NCBI GenBank assembly: GCA_044224875.1
Contig: JBGAJQ010000010.1
Span: 49,815-113,814, forward strand
Origin: Gemmatimonadaceae bacterium
GTDB taxonomy: Bacteria; Gemmatimonadota; Gemmatimonadetes; Gemmatimonadales; Gemmatimonadaceae
DNA: 64,000 bases
Reading direction: 5' to 3'
Shown: positions 10,147 to 20,147 of the stretch, piece by piece
Layout: each line of letters opens with the position of its first letter
Position numbering within the stretch: the stretch's first letter is position 1
Translations under genes and position numbers: made by a program
The notes under the pieces: generated by a model
Database searches by the model: none
Told to the model about the DNA's origin: nothing
Seen by the model: only the letters and a program-made list of their open reading frames with translations

Positions 10147-11157
10147 CTACGTGGGATCGCCCGGTTGTCCACCCAAATCCCGAGGTGGCGGCACGCTCTG
10201 AAGTAGCGCTTCGACGACTGCCTCGCGCTCAAGTCGTTCCTGCTCGGCCTCACGGATCCGCATGGCTTCCAGCCGCTCCTTGTCACGATGTCGACGCATC
10301 AGATAGAGTGGCGTGATGAACACCAGCAGGACCAACACCGCGACCGTGAGATCAGCGAACAGCGCCAACGCGCCATACCGCCGCTTGGTCTGTTGCCTCC
10401 ACCTCTGCTCGAAAGAACCCAACGTGATGCCGTAGGCCTCACGGACCGCGAGATCGAGCGAACCGGTCTTTGGCCAGTACGCGAACAGCAGCGTCAGCCC
10501 GCGAGGTGGATCAAGCGACGCAAGGTCCGCGACGGCGCGGTACGCCAGCGCGTAAGCCGCCGTTGCGCGGGACGCTCCCACGGCAAAGCCGGCATCGAGT
10601 GAGTCGAGTGATGGCATACCACGCAGCGCGAGCACGACATTCGTGGCAAGTACCTCGTCCCTACCCCATTCATTGGCAGCGTAGCTGGCGTATCCCTCGT
10701 CGAACCAGCGCGGAGGTCGCGAGCCGAGGAACTCATGCAGCGCCAGGTGGGCCAGTTCGTGGCGCAGTGCGGCGACCGGATTTCCGGCGTCGGCGCCGGC
10801 GCGTGAACCCTGCATAACGATCCTTCGCTGGTCTGGAAATGCGAAGGCACTTCCCCACTCCGGCGCTGCGGGGCCAACGAATTCGCGAAAGCGACGACGG
10901 TCTCTGGCGACTACGATGAGGACGCGATCCTGCGGGCGCGGCAGTCCAGGGAAGGTGTCCGTGCGGACGATTGACGACAGCAGTGATGCGGCCAGTCCGG
11001 CGTCCTGTTCCTCGGCAATGATGGAAAAGCGGCCTTGGTCGCGGCGCAGACCGGGGTATTGCGCGCGCAGTGCCGAACTTGCGGCAGCTAGCCCGAGCGC
11101 GATGGCGAGCCACCGCCCTCGACGACGGCCAGGATCTCCGCGCAGCGCTTGCCCCAT
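10147..11157 (-). CDS. Membrane-anchored peptidase MA-like (gluzincin) protein
   Basis: Signal peptide, HELAH...WFDEG zinc motif, C-terminal TM and charged tail; start uncertain. Confidence 0.75.
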   Translation of the reverse strand: MGQALRGDPGRRRGRWLAIALGLAAASSALRAQYPGLRRDQGRFSIIAEEQDAGLAASLLSSIVRTDTFPGLPRPQDRVLIVVARDRRRFREFVGPAAPEWGSAFAFPDQRRIVMQGSRAGADAGNPVAALRHELAHLALHEFLGSRPPRWFDEGYASYAANEWGRDEVLATNVVLALRGMPSLDSLDAGFAVGASRATAAYALAYRAVADLASLDPPRGLTLLFAYWPKTGSLDLAVREAYGITLGSFEQRWRQQTKRRYGALALFADLTVAVLVLLVFITPLYLMRRHRDKERLEAMRIREAEQERLEREAVVEALLQSVPPPRDLGGQPGDPT

Positions 11158-11957
11158 GGATTGAACTTGTTGGCCTGCAGTCCGTCTCGCCACGCCTGCA
11201 AGGCGCCGTCCTGATGCCCGCCGAACCATCGCGCGCGACCGAGGTGGTAGTGCGCCTCGACGAAATTGGGCCCGAGCGCTACCGCCTTACGGAAGAAGTT
11301 CTCGGCATCGTCGAACATCTCACGCTCGAAGTACAGCAGCCCCAGGTAGTAGTGGGCGTAGAGCACGGCCTTGCGATCGGAGTCGGAGCGGATGACCCGA
11401 GACAGGTGCTCGATGGCTTCGCCGAAGATGCCCTTCTTCAGGCAGATGTAGCCAACATTGACCCTGGCCAGCGCGTTGGCCGGATCGCGCAGGAGCACGC
11501 GTTGGAAGTGCTGCAACGCTTCGTCGAAGTGGTCCTGGAGCATCTGTGCCCATCCGAGCAACGCCTCGGCGTGGGTATCGCCTGGTACCAGCTGCAACGC
11601 CTTTTCGAGGGCCGCTTCTGCCCCCTCGTACTCGCCGAGGGAAATCAGGCTCCAGCCTTTTTCTACGAAGGTGGACGCGTTCAGGTGGTCGGCGCGTGTC
11701 GGTGGAGCGGACGCCGGGGCCGTCGCGGTATCCTCACCGGCTAGGGTCTTCCAGCGGTCGACCAGCCCCTTGATCTCATCCTTGAGGGTGGTGAGGTCAC
11801 CGATTTCCTTGTCGACGGCGCGGAACAGGGCGATGATCTCTGCCTTCAACTCATCGCGCTGAGTGAGGGCATCGGGTAGACCTAACGCCTCCTCGATGCG
11901 CTGGAAGGCGTCCCTGTAGATGCCAGATCCCACGTCCGAGAACGACGCGTCAGCCAT
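11088..11957 (-). CDS. TPR protein with N-terminal coiled coil
   Basis: Several TPRs (e.g. AHYYLGLLYFEREMFDDAENFFRKAVALGP); overlaps the cheW stop. Confidence 0.82.
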   Translation of the reverse strand: MADASFSDVGSGIYRDAFQRIEEALGLPDALTQRDELKAEIIALFRAVDKEIGDLTTLKDEIKGLVDRWKTLAGEDTATAPASAPPTRADHLNASTFVEKGWSLISLGEYEGAEAALEKALQLVPGDTHAEALLGWAQMLQDHFDEALQHFQRVLLRDPANALARVNVGYICLKKGIFGEAIEHLSRVIRSDSDRKAVLYAHYYLGLLYFEREMFDDAENFFRKAVALGPNFVEAHYHLGRARWFGGHQDGALQAWRDGLQANKFNPWGKRCAEILAVVEGGGSPSRSG

Positions 11958-12420
11958 CGCGGCGGGCCGGCTCGGCACTTGCCGCGGCTGGGGCAAACAA
12001 TCGATCGACGTCGATCACGACCACCAGGTCGTCACCACGCCGCGTCATGCCGCGCATGGCGTCGGCAGCTCCACCACGAAAGAACGCCGGGGGCTCCTCG
12101 AGTGCACCGTCCGCGATCGGCCGGACGTCGAGGACCCCATCCACCACGACCGCCATCCATTCCTCTCCCGCTGACAGCACCAGCACTCGCGATTGCCCGG
12201 CCGCACTCGCACCCTGGATGCCGAACCGGCGGCGCAAGTCCACCAATGGGACGGCACGACCCGCGTAGTCGATCACGCCCTCAATCCAGTCCGGCGTCCC
12301 CGGGACCCGGCGCGGCGCCTCATGGCGCAACACACGCTCGACGCGCTCCAGCGGGGCAGCAAACAAGTCCCGGCCCAGCCGGAACGTCACGATGCGTTGT
12401 ACTTCGGCGTTCCCGCTCAT
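11950..12420 (-). CDS. cheW: CheW adaptor
   Basis: IVTFRLG..F, VPGTPDWIEGVI, VPLVDLRRRFG, VVDGV. Confidence 0.9.
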   Translation of the reverse strand: MSGNAEVQRIVTFRLGRDLFAAPLERVERVLRHEAPRRVPGTPDWIEGVIDYAGRAVPLVDLRRRFGIQGASAAGQSRVLVLSAGEEWMAVVVDGVLDVRPIADGALEEPPAFFRGGAADAMRGMTRRGDDLVVVIDVDRLFAPAAASAEPARRDG

Positions 12421-12944
12421 AGGGCGTCCGGAATGGGAGGGGTTTGACAGGCGGTCACCAGCGCGCGGGCATCGAGCACACCGATCACTTGACGCTCACG
12501 CACGAGAAGTCCCAGCAGGATCTCATCCTCCCACACGCCTTCGGGACATTCGCGCAGTGAGCCGAACTCGATGTTCAGTACGTCTTCCACATCCGATACA
12601 GCGAGCCCGATGCGGCGATTCCCAGCGCGCATCACGAGCGCAGCCCCGAGCTCCCGGTCGTGGACATGCACGTCGAGAACTCTGGCCGCGTCATACAAGG
12701 GAAGAAACTGTGTTCCGTGCATGAACACGCCGAGCATTGTCGTGGTGGATTCTGGCACGCTGTGCACGTGTGGCTGCTCGACCGTCTCATCCACCGCTTG
12801 CAGGTCAATGGCGAATCGTTCGTTGGCGACGCGAAAGACGAGCAGATCGGCGGCGCCGACGCGCGCGCGCACCCGATCGCGAAAGCGCAGGGGCGCGCTG
12901 GGTGGTGCCGCCGCAACGTACGACGTCTCGGGAGATGAACTCAT
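12417..12944 (-). CDS. cheW: CheW-like adaptor
   Basis: LLVFRVANERFAI, LPLYD, IGLAVSDVEDV; GGAGG RBS before ATG 12944. Confidence 0.82.
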   Translation of the reverse strand: MSSSPETSYVAAAPPSAPLRFRDRVRARVGAADLLVFRVANERFAIDLQAVDETVEQPHVHSVPESTTTMLGVFMHGTQFLPLYDAARVLDVHVHDRELGAALVMRAGNRRIGLAVSDVEDVLNIEFGSLRECPEGVWEDEILLGLLVRERQVIGVLDARALVTACQTPPIPDAL

Positions 12945-13026
12945 CGATGCGACCTCCGTCGGTATGCGCGCGCCCGGAGGCTGCGCACGGCGTGGCAATG
13001 CAGGGACAAGACGTAGGCGACCACCG

Positions 13027-14091
13027 TCAGCTCCTTCGCCCCGCCACGAGAGAAGCCGTTAGGCGGCCGGCCATGTCGCCGAGAGGCACGCTCTCGACCA
13101 GGCCCGCCGCCTCGATTGCGGCGCTGGGCATACCCCATACCGTGGACGTCGCGCGATCCTGAACCAGGACCTGGCCACCCGCGGCGCGGATCGCGCGACT
13201 TCCGTCCGCCCCATCCTTTCCCATGCCGGTGAGCACGACGCCGACCGCGGCCGCACCAAAGACCTTCGCCACGGAATGGAAGAGAAGATCGGCGGCCGGC
13301 CGCACACCCCACACCGGACCGTCTTCATCGATCGAGATCACGGCGCCTGCCCCGTGCTCGGCCGCACGGACGCGCATGTGTTTGCCGCCAGGGGCAACAT
13401 ATGCGACGTCGGCGTACACCGGTTCGCCGTGCACGGCCTGGTGCACGCTCCACGCCGACAGCTGATCGAGCCGGCGGGCTAGTGAGTCGGTGAAGCCGGG
13501 CGGCATGTGCTGGACGATGAACATCGCCGCACCGGCGCCACAGCGCATCGACGCCATGAGCTCACCTAACGCGCGGGGTCCGCCCGTGGACGCGGCCACC
13601 GCAATAGCGGTGTGAGCCTGCCCGGCCGGGAACGCCCCGACCGGTTTGCGCACCGGCGCGCGTTCGGCCACGGGGCCTCGCGGCAGGCGAACACTTCGTG
13701 CGGTACGAAGCGCCGAGAGGAGCCGGTCGCGAAGCGCGTGTGGGTCGAACGCGTCTACACGGCTGGGCTTGTGCACAAACTCGATCGCACCCAGCTCCAA
13801 CGCACGAATGGTCAGGTCACCGCCGCGAGGGTCGTCCAAAGCGCTGAGCATGACCACCGGTCGCGGCGCCTCACGCATGATCGTGCTCAGCGCTTCCAGC
13901 CCATGCATGCCTGGCATGGCGACGTCGAGCGTGACGATGTCTGGATCCAACGCCTGCACCTGGGCGACGGCGTCTTCACCGTCGCGTGCCATGCCGGCCA
14001 CCGTAAACTCGCCGCTGGCCGCAATCAGGTCCGCCACCACTTGGCGGACAAGAACCGAGTCGTCGACAACCAACACGCGGGGGACGGTCAC
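13027..14091 (-). CDS. cheB: Chemotaxis response regulator protein-glutamate methylesterase
   Basis: Receiver domain (VVDD, TLDVAMP, KP) plus the catalytic triad motifs ASTGGP, VQHMP and GMGKDG. Confidence 0.95.
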   Translation of the reverse strand: MTVPRVLVVDDSVLVRQVVADLIAASGEFTVAGMARDGEDAVAQVQALDPDIVTLDVAMPGMHGLEALSTIMREAPRPVVMLSALDDPRGGDLTIRALELGAIEFVHKPSRVDAFDPHALRDRLLSALRTARSVRLPRGPVAERAPVRKPVGAFPAGQAHTAIAVAASTGGPRALGELMASMRCGAGAAMFIVQHMPPGFTDSLARRLDQLSAWSVHQAVHGEPVYADVAYVAPGGKHMRVRAAEHGAGAVISIDEDGPVWGVRPAADLLFHSVAKVFGAAAVGVVLTGMGKDGADGSRAIRAAGGQVLVQDRATSTVWGMPSAAIEAAGLVESVPLGDMAGRLTASLVAGRRS

Positions 14092-14594
14092 AGGACGCGG
14101 TCCCCACGCTTGAGGGAGCGCACGTGCATGGTCCCGTCGGCGACGTCAAAGAACACGGACCGCCCGTGGTCCCCGCCGACGTCCTCGGCGGCCAAGGTGA
14201 TGCCCGCCGCATCCAGGGCCCGCCGCGTCGCCTCGATGTTTCGTTCGCCTACATTGATGCCACCCGTTGCCAGCAGCGCGCCAAACATCGAAGCTCCGCC
14301 GGCAATCTTGGCCACCGGCCGACCACTGGCGCCTGCGCGTTGCAGCTGCGCGAGCAAGTACGGCACGGCATGCACGGCGCTCCGGGCCGGCCGAACCACT
14401 GGGCCGGGTCGCTCCTCGTTCGGGAGGAGGATATGGGCCAACGCACCCACCCGCGTCGACGGGTCGTAGAGCGCCAAGGCGATACACGACCCCAATCCGT
14501 GCGTCGCAAGGATGCCGCGCTCCCTCGCCACTGCGGTTTCGGCGACGTTCACTTGCGTTTCTGGCGGAGTCGCCAGCACGTCGCGAGCACTCAT
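14088..14594 (-). CDS. cheD: Chemoreceptor glutamine deamidase
   Basis: GLGSCIA, AHILLP, AKIAGGASMF, NVGERN, EDVGGDHGRSV. Confidence 0.93.
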   Translation of the reverse strand: MSARDVLATPPETQVNVAETAVARERGILATHGLGSCIALALYDPSTRVGALAHILLPNEERPGPVVRPARSAVHAVPYLLAQLQRAGASGRPVAKIAGGASMFGALLATGGINVGERNIEATRRALDAAGITLAAEDVGGDHGRSVFFDVADGTMHVRSLKRGDRVL

Positions 14595-16199
14595 GAGAGC
14601 CTGCGCGCGGTTTCGAGGTTATTGCGCGCCATCGGATTCTCCGGAGCAAGCGCCAACGATCGCTCCCAGCATCGCATGGCTTCGTCTCGCTCTCGCCGTC
14701 GGTACCTGATGTTGCCCATCTTCAGGTACACGTCGCCGCCCAGATCGGGTTCCTGGCGCGTAGCTCGCTGATACGCCTCCAACGCGTCATCGTAGCGGCC
14801 CGCTCGATAGGCAAGGTCGCCTGCATTCTTCTGCAACTGCGGGAGCGTGGGATTCTCCATCAATCCACGCTCCGTCGCCGATTCGGCGTCGCCGAGCCGC
14901 ACCCGTCGCTCGTACATGGCGGCCAGGTTGTTGTACAGCACGGCGGCGTGCGGGTGCGTGGCGATGCCTTCGTTCAGGATGGCAATTCCACGGTCACAGT
15001 CCCCGCGAAGTCAGCGCCGCATAGTGGAAGAACGCCGCTGGCCGCACGCGCGTCCCCCACTTCTCGGCATCGAGTCGGAAGTACTCTTCGGCCCCGCTGA
15101 CGTCCCCGCGACGCAACGCCAGAACACCTAACGCGAAGCGCACCACGGGTTCTTCCGGGGACACTCGCTCGGCTTCGCGCAAGGCGGCCCGTGCCTCTTC
15201 CAGCCGACCCAGGCGTTCGAGCGCGTAGGCGAGATTCACGTGCGAAGAAAGGTCCGCCCCGGGTCGCGACGCGATTAGCCGGAAGGCGCGCACGGCGTCG
15301 TCGAACCGTCCCTGACGAAGGGCAATGAGCCCGAGGTAGTGCTCCGCAACGCGTTCACCCGGTCGCAACTCCGTCACACGACGGAACTCCCGAGCGGCTT
15401 CGTCCAGCATCGCCGTCTTATAGAAGGCGACGCCAAGATTCCTGTGCTCCGACAACTTGTTGTCGTTGGATGGGTTTTCAGCGGCTTTCGAGCGTCCAAC
15501 GCGGTGCAGGAAACCAGCTGTCGCCAGCCCAAACAGCGCCTTGCCAACCTCGAACTCCCCCAAGCCGGATTCTTCCACGATCGCTGCGACATCGCGTTCC
15601 CCGTCCACCAGGGGCACCAGCATCTCCTGTTCGCTCGTCAGCTCCGGGCGGCCTTCGTCGATGCGATAGCGGTCGAGCGCGAAGATGACATCGAAGCCCG
15701 GGATCTTCTTTTCGATCTGGCTCCACTCGTCGACTCGGCGCGCGCCTTCGAGGAGGAGCGATTCGGGGTTGATGGAGACGAGGAAGTCCTGGTGCTCGGG
15801 CACCACGTCCGGCTCAAACGTGAAGGAGCCTTGGGTCCACGTGAAGAGATAGTAGACCGCCTCTTCAATCTGGTGCTTGATGTAGCGATGCAGCTCCTCG
15901 CGTGCGATCAGGCCACGGGACACCAGGATCTCGCCCAATCGCAGCTGCGTGTGCGAGGATTGCTGCGAAATCGCTTCGTCAAGCTCCGCGCGAGTGAGAA
16001 GGCCATGCTTGACGAGGATGTCTCCCAGTCGGTCGCGTCGGTTCACGATAGACGCGAAGCTGATGCGACCCTTCTCGAAGTAGATCGTGCCGAACGCCTG
16101 CTTGTGGGTCACGCTCAGGCACCCCGACTTGCCGCCCATCGCCAGGAGCTGCAACACGTCAGGAAGCGAGGCTTCTCTCAAGGATCCGCGAATGGCCAT
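14591..16199 (-). CDS. DUF4388 (PATAN-like) + GSPII_N-like + TPR protein; frameshift near 15005
   Basis: MAIRGSLREASLPDVLQLL, RLGDILV, WTQGSFTFEP, LLLEGARRVDEW, then TPRs. The frame resumes as GDCDRGIAILNEG..VLYNNLA (ORF 14591-14941). Confidence 0.82.
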
Positions 16200-17990
16200 T
16201 TAGTGCGTCTCCTCGACGATGCGTCCGTCGACGTCTGGCCAGTCGGTGACGAGCTTCTCCGGATCCAGGAAGTACGTATCGATGCCCTCGCGCGTCTGCA
16301 GCGCCGGCATGGCCGGCACGGGTGTGGCAATGCGCGTTCGAGCGGGCCGCGTATCGATCGTCGGCGCGGCGGCCTCGTCGCCGGGGGGCACGGGCGTATG
16401 CCGCGCGATACGCTCGGCGTCGCTCACGCGGCCTAGTTCGACCACTAATCCACCATCGAGACGCGATCGGAGGCGTGGAGCGATATCCGTCAGATGCGAC
16501 GGCAACACGGCGCTCGCGAACACCACTTGCTTGCGGGCGTCGTGCATGGCGTTGAAGAGATGGAACAGTTCTTCCTGCGCGCGCTCCTTTCCTGCCAACA
16601 GGTGCACATCGTCGATCAGCAACGCATCGCAGGCGCGGTATCGCGCGCGCCAGCGAGCCATCGTGTCTGCCTGCAAAGCCTCGATCAGCTCACGCGTGAA
16701 CGTCTCGATGTCGGTACAGGCGACCGTCCACGTTCCCTTGTCCCTGGCGCGCAGGGCGTTGCCGATCGCATGCAGGAGGTGTGTCTTCCCCGAGCCACCG
16801 GGGCCGGTGATCACCAGCGGGTTATACTGCGCCGCAGGTGCCGCCACGATCCCGGCGGCACTGCGCATCGCCAGGTGATTCGCTGGCGTAGAGACGAGCC
16901 GCTCGAGTGTGAATTCGGGATTGGGTGCCGGCGGTGGTTCACAGAGCGCATAGGCGCGCAGCAACAGGTCTTCGGCGTCCGCAAGCCGTTCCGGGTCCCG
17001 GAAGACCGCCAACCCCGTGAACTTCGGGTCCAAACGAATGGCGTCGCCTTCAATGACGCGCAACCGCTCACACGCCGAGGCGAACCGGGCCTCGAGCCCA
17101 TCCACGTCCGGTACTTCCGGCAGCTCCAACGCGCGTTCCAGCAGGTCCGTGCGAAACCCTTCGCCGGACCAGTGCGCAATGCGCTCACCAAGCCGCACGC
17201 GCCATTCCTCCACGGTTTGCGCGACCGCCACCGCGAGGTCAGAGACGAAGCTGGCGAATTCGTCGACCGGCTCAGCGGCCACGTTCATGGCGTTGGCGCG
17301 GCGCACGTCTTCGGCGCGAATCGGACGCTCGGCGATCGACTGCTGCGCGATCAGGCGGTTGAGTGCGCCTTGCAGCTCGCGCACATTGGCCGACGGGTTT
17401 CGTGCAAGTTCCTCCAGCACCCCAGGACTGAACGTCAGCGAGCGCTCGGTACACTTGTTCTTGAGGATTGCGATGCGCGTCTCGAGGTCGGGAGCACCGA
17501 TATCGACGGTGAGGCCACCGGCCAATCGCGTCAGCAGACGCTGGTCCACATCGGCGATCTCGCTCGGCGGGCGGTCCGACGTCATCACGATCTGGCGCCC
17601 GCTCGCCTGCAACGCGTTCAGGACCCGCAGCATCTCACTCTGCGTCTCCGTCCGCCCCGTGAGAAACTGCACATCGTCCAGGAGCAGCGCCCCGACGCCT
17701 TGCCACCGGCGTTTGAAGCTGTCGGCCTGGCCTGCGCCGATCGCGGCATTCAGCTGGTCGACGAAGTCGTCCAGGGAGAGGTACTCGACCTGAAGCTCCG
17801 GATGCATCGAGCGAATAGCGAACCCCAAGGCACCCATCAGGTGGGTCTTCCCCATCCCGGAACCCGAGTAGATGAAGAGCGGGTTGTACACGGTACCCGG
17901 CGACTCCACAACAGCCTTCGCGGCGGACACGGCCAAACGGTTGGCACTACCCACCACATAGTTGTCGAATCGGAATCGGCCGTCGATCAC
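16200..17990 (-). CDS. Tandem DnaA/Hda-type AAA+ ATPase lacking DnaA domains I and IV
   Basis: Module 1: FDNYVVGSANRLA, YNPLFIYSGSGMGKTHL, LLDDVQF, NVRELQGAL. Module 2: YNPLVITGPGGSGKTHL, LIDDVH, RLRSRL. Confidence 0.85.
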   Translation of the reverse strand: MIDGRFRFDNYVVGSANRLAVSAAKAVVESPGTVYNPLFIYSGSGMGKTHLMGALGFAIRSMHPELQVEYLSLDDFVDQLNAAIGAGQADSFKRRWQGVGALLLDDVQFLTGRTETQSEMLRVLNALQASGRQIVMTSDRPPSEIADVDQRLLTRLAGGLTVDIGAPDLETRIAILKNKCTERSLTFSPGVLEELARNPSANVRELQGALNRLIAQQSIAERPIRAEDVRRANAMNVAAEPVDEFASFVSDLAVAVAQTVEEWRVRLGERIAHWSGEGFRTDLLERALELPEVPDVDGLEARFASACERLRVIEGDAIRLDPKFTGLAVFRDPERLADAEDLLLRAYALCEPPPAPNPEFTLERLVSTPANHLAMRSAAGIVAAPAAQYNPLVITGPGGSGKTHLLHAIGNALRARDKGTWTVACTDIETFTRELIEALQADTMARWRARYRACDALLIDDVHLLAGKERAQEELFHLFNAMHDARKQVVFASAVLPSHLTDIAPRLRSRLDGGLVVELGRVSDAERIARHTPVPPGDEAAAPTIDTRPARTRIATPVPAMPALQTREGIDTYFLDPEKLVTDWPDVDGRIVEETH

Positions 17991-17993
17991 GGG

Positions 17994-18598
17994 CTATCTC
18001 CCCACGCCGGCGGTGGCGTTCAACCGTCGCAACACCATCTCGGAGATGTTGCGCAGCGTTTCGAACACGCCCACCCCAGTTAAAGCATCGGCCGAATGAC
18101 TCGGGACGCCACGGAAATTGAGCGATTCATCCAGCTCGCTCGGCGTCCAGATCAGGTCGTGCGGGAGGTCCTGCTTGTTGTACTGCATCACCATGGGGAT
18201 CGCGCGCGCGTCCACATGTTGCTCTGACCAAGGCCTCATGGAGTCGCGGAGGCTATCGGGTTCTCCTCTTTTCTCGTCGCTGACTGTCAGCGACGAAGAC
18301 CACCACATCCGCACCCCTGTAGTACCAGCTTGCGCGTGGTGCGGTAGTACCTTTCAGCCGGGCACCGTATACGGCACAAATCGCGTCGCAAGCCGAGGAA
18401 TCATCACACGGAGTCCGGGAGAAAATCAAAGAAGAGCGTGCGCTCATTCTGCGTGGCGAGCGATACCATCGTCCCGCGGCGGTCTGCCGGCACCCGCTCG
18501 TAGATGTACTGCAGGTTGCTGGTCTTGCCGGAGCGACCTGGCCCATAGTACACGATCTTGCAGGTGATCTCACGACCCGGGTAGTTGATAACGGGCAT
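17994..18598 (-). CDS. mglA: MglA-family small GTPase (several indels at about 18230-18420)
   Basis: [51 protein letters not shown] and QYNKQDLP distributed over different frames. Confidence 0.88.
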
Positions 18599-18646
18599 CG
18601 TCAGGCGGCTCCGAACAACGTGGCCAGACTTGCCTGGAGGTCGCGC

Positions 18647-19054
18647 TCAAAACTCCGGCAGCACGGTGGCGGGGTCGGCGTCTGGCCGACGCAAGGCGGT
18701 CGCCAGCTGCTCCCAGAACACGCGCACGAGACCTAACGATGACCGACCGTCCCAGACCGCGAGCACCAGGCGGGCCGGCGCGGCCTCGGGAATGGGCGCG
18801 AGAAAGAGCTGCCGTGCACCGCCGGCGTGATGGATCGGGCCCAGGGTGCGATCGGACAGCATCTCCCCCAATTCGCGCGTGCTTGCCTGGATCGCCGATG
18901 CCAGTGTGCTTGCCGACACGACATCCACGCGGCGCGTGAATCCGTGCTGCGCGATGACACGTCCGTCCGCCTCGAGTAGCAACGCGAGCTGCAGCTCGGC
19001 ATCGCGAACAAAGTCAGCCAAGGCAGCATGGGTGGCGGCGGGTGTGGCCGTCAT
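18647..19054 (-). CDS. mglB: Roadblock/LC7 protein, MglB-like
   Basis: LALLLEADGRVIAQHG, 'SSLGLVR' MglB-type motif; directly upstream of mglA. Confidence 0.75.
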   Translation of the reverse strand: MTATPAATHAALADFVRDAELQLALLLEADGRVIAQHGFTRRVDVVSASTLASAIQASTRELGEMLSDRTLGPIHHAGGARQLFLAPIPEAAPARLVLAVWDGRSSLGLVRVFWEQLATALRRPDADPATVLPEF

Positions 19055-19392
19055 ACCAACAACCCCATCGCTTGCTGAAGCGCCATGCGAACACGCCCGG
19101 TCGACATCCGCGCGTCGCCCAGGATGACAAGGGTGACGTCGTCGTTGCCGGCCATGCACAGGCGACCCCGTTCTGCGTCGACCGAGACGTAGCGAGGCAG
19201 TTCGCCAAGGGCCCCATGCGATACGGTGCGCGAGGCACGGAACACCGCGTTCCCGAACGCAGCGACTTGATCGGGACGCACGTCCTGATGCGCGATGGCA
19301 TCCACGACCACGCCGTCGGTGGCGGCCACAATCGCTCCGCGCACACCGGGCATGAAGGACAATGCCTCGACGACCTCACGATAGCGGTTCAC
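19051..19392 (-). CDS. Roadblock/LC7 domain protein
   Basis: PGVRGAIVAATDGVVV, VDAERG, GRVRMAL; overlaps both neighbours. Confidence 0.8.
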   Translation of the reverse strand: MNRYREVVEALSFMPGVRGAIVAATDGVVVDAIAHQDVRPDQVAAFGNAVFRASRTVSHGALGELPRYVSVDAERGRLCMAGNDDVTLVILGDARMSTGRVRMALQQAMGLLV

Positions 19393-20147
19393 AGGGCGCC
19401 TCCCATCCGCAGCCGAACGCCCGCTGCTTCGGCGGGCACCACGGCCAGTACGCGGCCGGCAGCTCCCTCACCCGCTGCCACCGTCAGGAGCAACATTTGT
19501 GGCATTGGCGCGGAGACGGCTAGCGCACTGGTGGCCGACTCAACCAGGCAGGTGTTCCAACGGCCGAGCGCGAGGTGCTGAGTCGCTACAGTCAGGGCGC
19601 GGGCCAGTCCACTCATGTCACACGCCACCGTGGCACGCTGCGCCGACGCGCCGTCTCCGCCCAGCGTCCCCGCCAGCACCAACCCGTCGGTGTTCGTCAG
19701 CAAGGCTACGGGAGCGGCGTCTCCCGGGCCTTCCTCGGGCAGGGGGTGTATCGGCGCCGCGGTGGTCACGGAATCTTCCTGAGGTGCCGGCGCGGTTTCC
19801 TCCGCCGTTCCCGCGGCAGCTCGCACACGTGCCAACGCGGCCTTCGCGCCCGCGTCGGGGGCACGGAGAGGGCATCCGAAAGGAGACGCTCGGCAGCGAG
19901 CAAGTCGCCACGCCGAAAGGCGAGGAACCCGAGTCCCTTGATGGCACCCACGTGCCCGGGATGCAGGGTACGCGCCGTCTCCCAGGCATCTGCTGCGAGG
20001 TCCAACAGGTCGCACGCCACCAGCACGCGGGCATACGCATCGTGCGCGTGAGGATCGTATGGCGCGCGCGCCAACGCGGCCTCGGCCATCGCGCCGCGAC
20101 TGCAGCCGCGGATCGAGCGTGGGCACGGAGAGGAGTGCGTCACGCAT
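19389..20147 (-). CDS. TPR + roadblock/LC7 protein (frameshifts near 20100 and 19870)
   Basis: TPR segment AEAALARAPYDPHAHDAYARVL..GLGFLAFRRGD in one frame; roadblock segment ALLTNTDGLVLAG..LALGRW..CLVES in another. Confidence 0.68.
   Translation of the reverse strand: MRDALLSVPTLDPRLQSRRDGRGRVGARAIRSSRARCVCPRAGGVRPVGPRSRCLGDGAYPASRARGCHQGTRVPRLSAWRLARCRASPFGCPLRAPDAGAKAALARVRAAAGTAEETAPAPQEDSVTTAAPIHPLPEEGPGDAAPVALLTNTDGLVLAGTLGGDGASAQRATVACDMSGLARALTVATQHLALGRWNTCLVESATSALAVSAPMPQMLLLTVAAGEGAAGRVLAVVPAEAAGVRLRMGGAL

Noticed and set aside
16200..17990. Canonical dnaA / oriC region
   Set aside because: No domain IV, a duplicated AAA+ module, no dnaN-recF-gyrB neighbours, and I saw no DnaA-box cluster.
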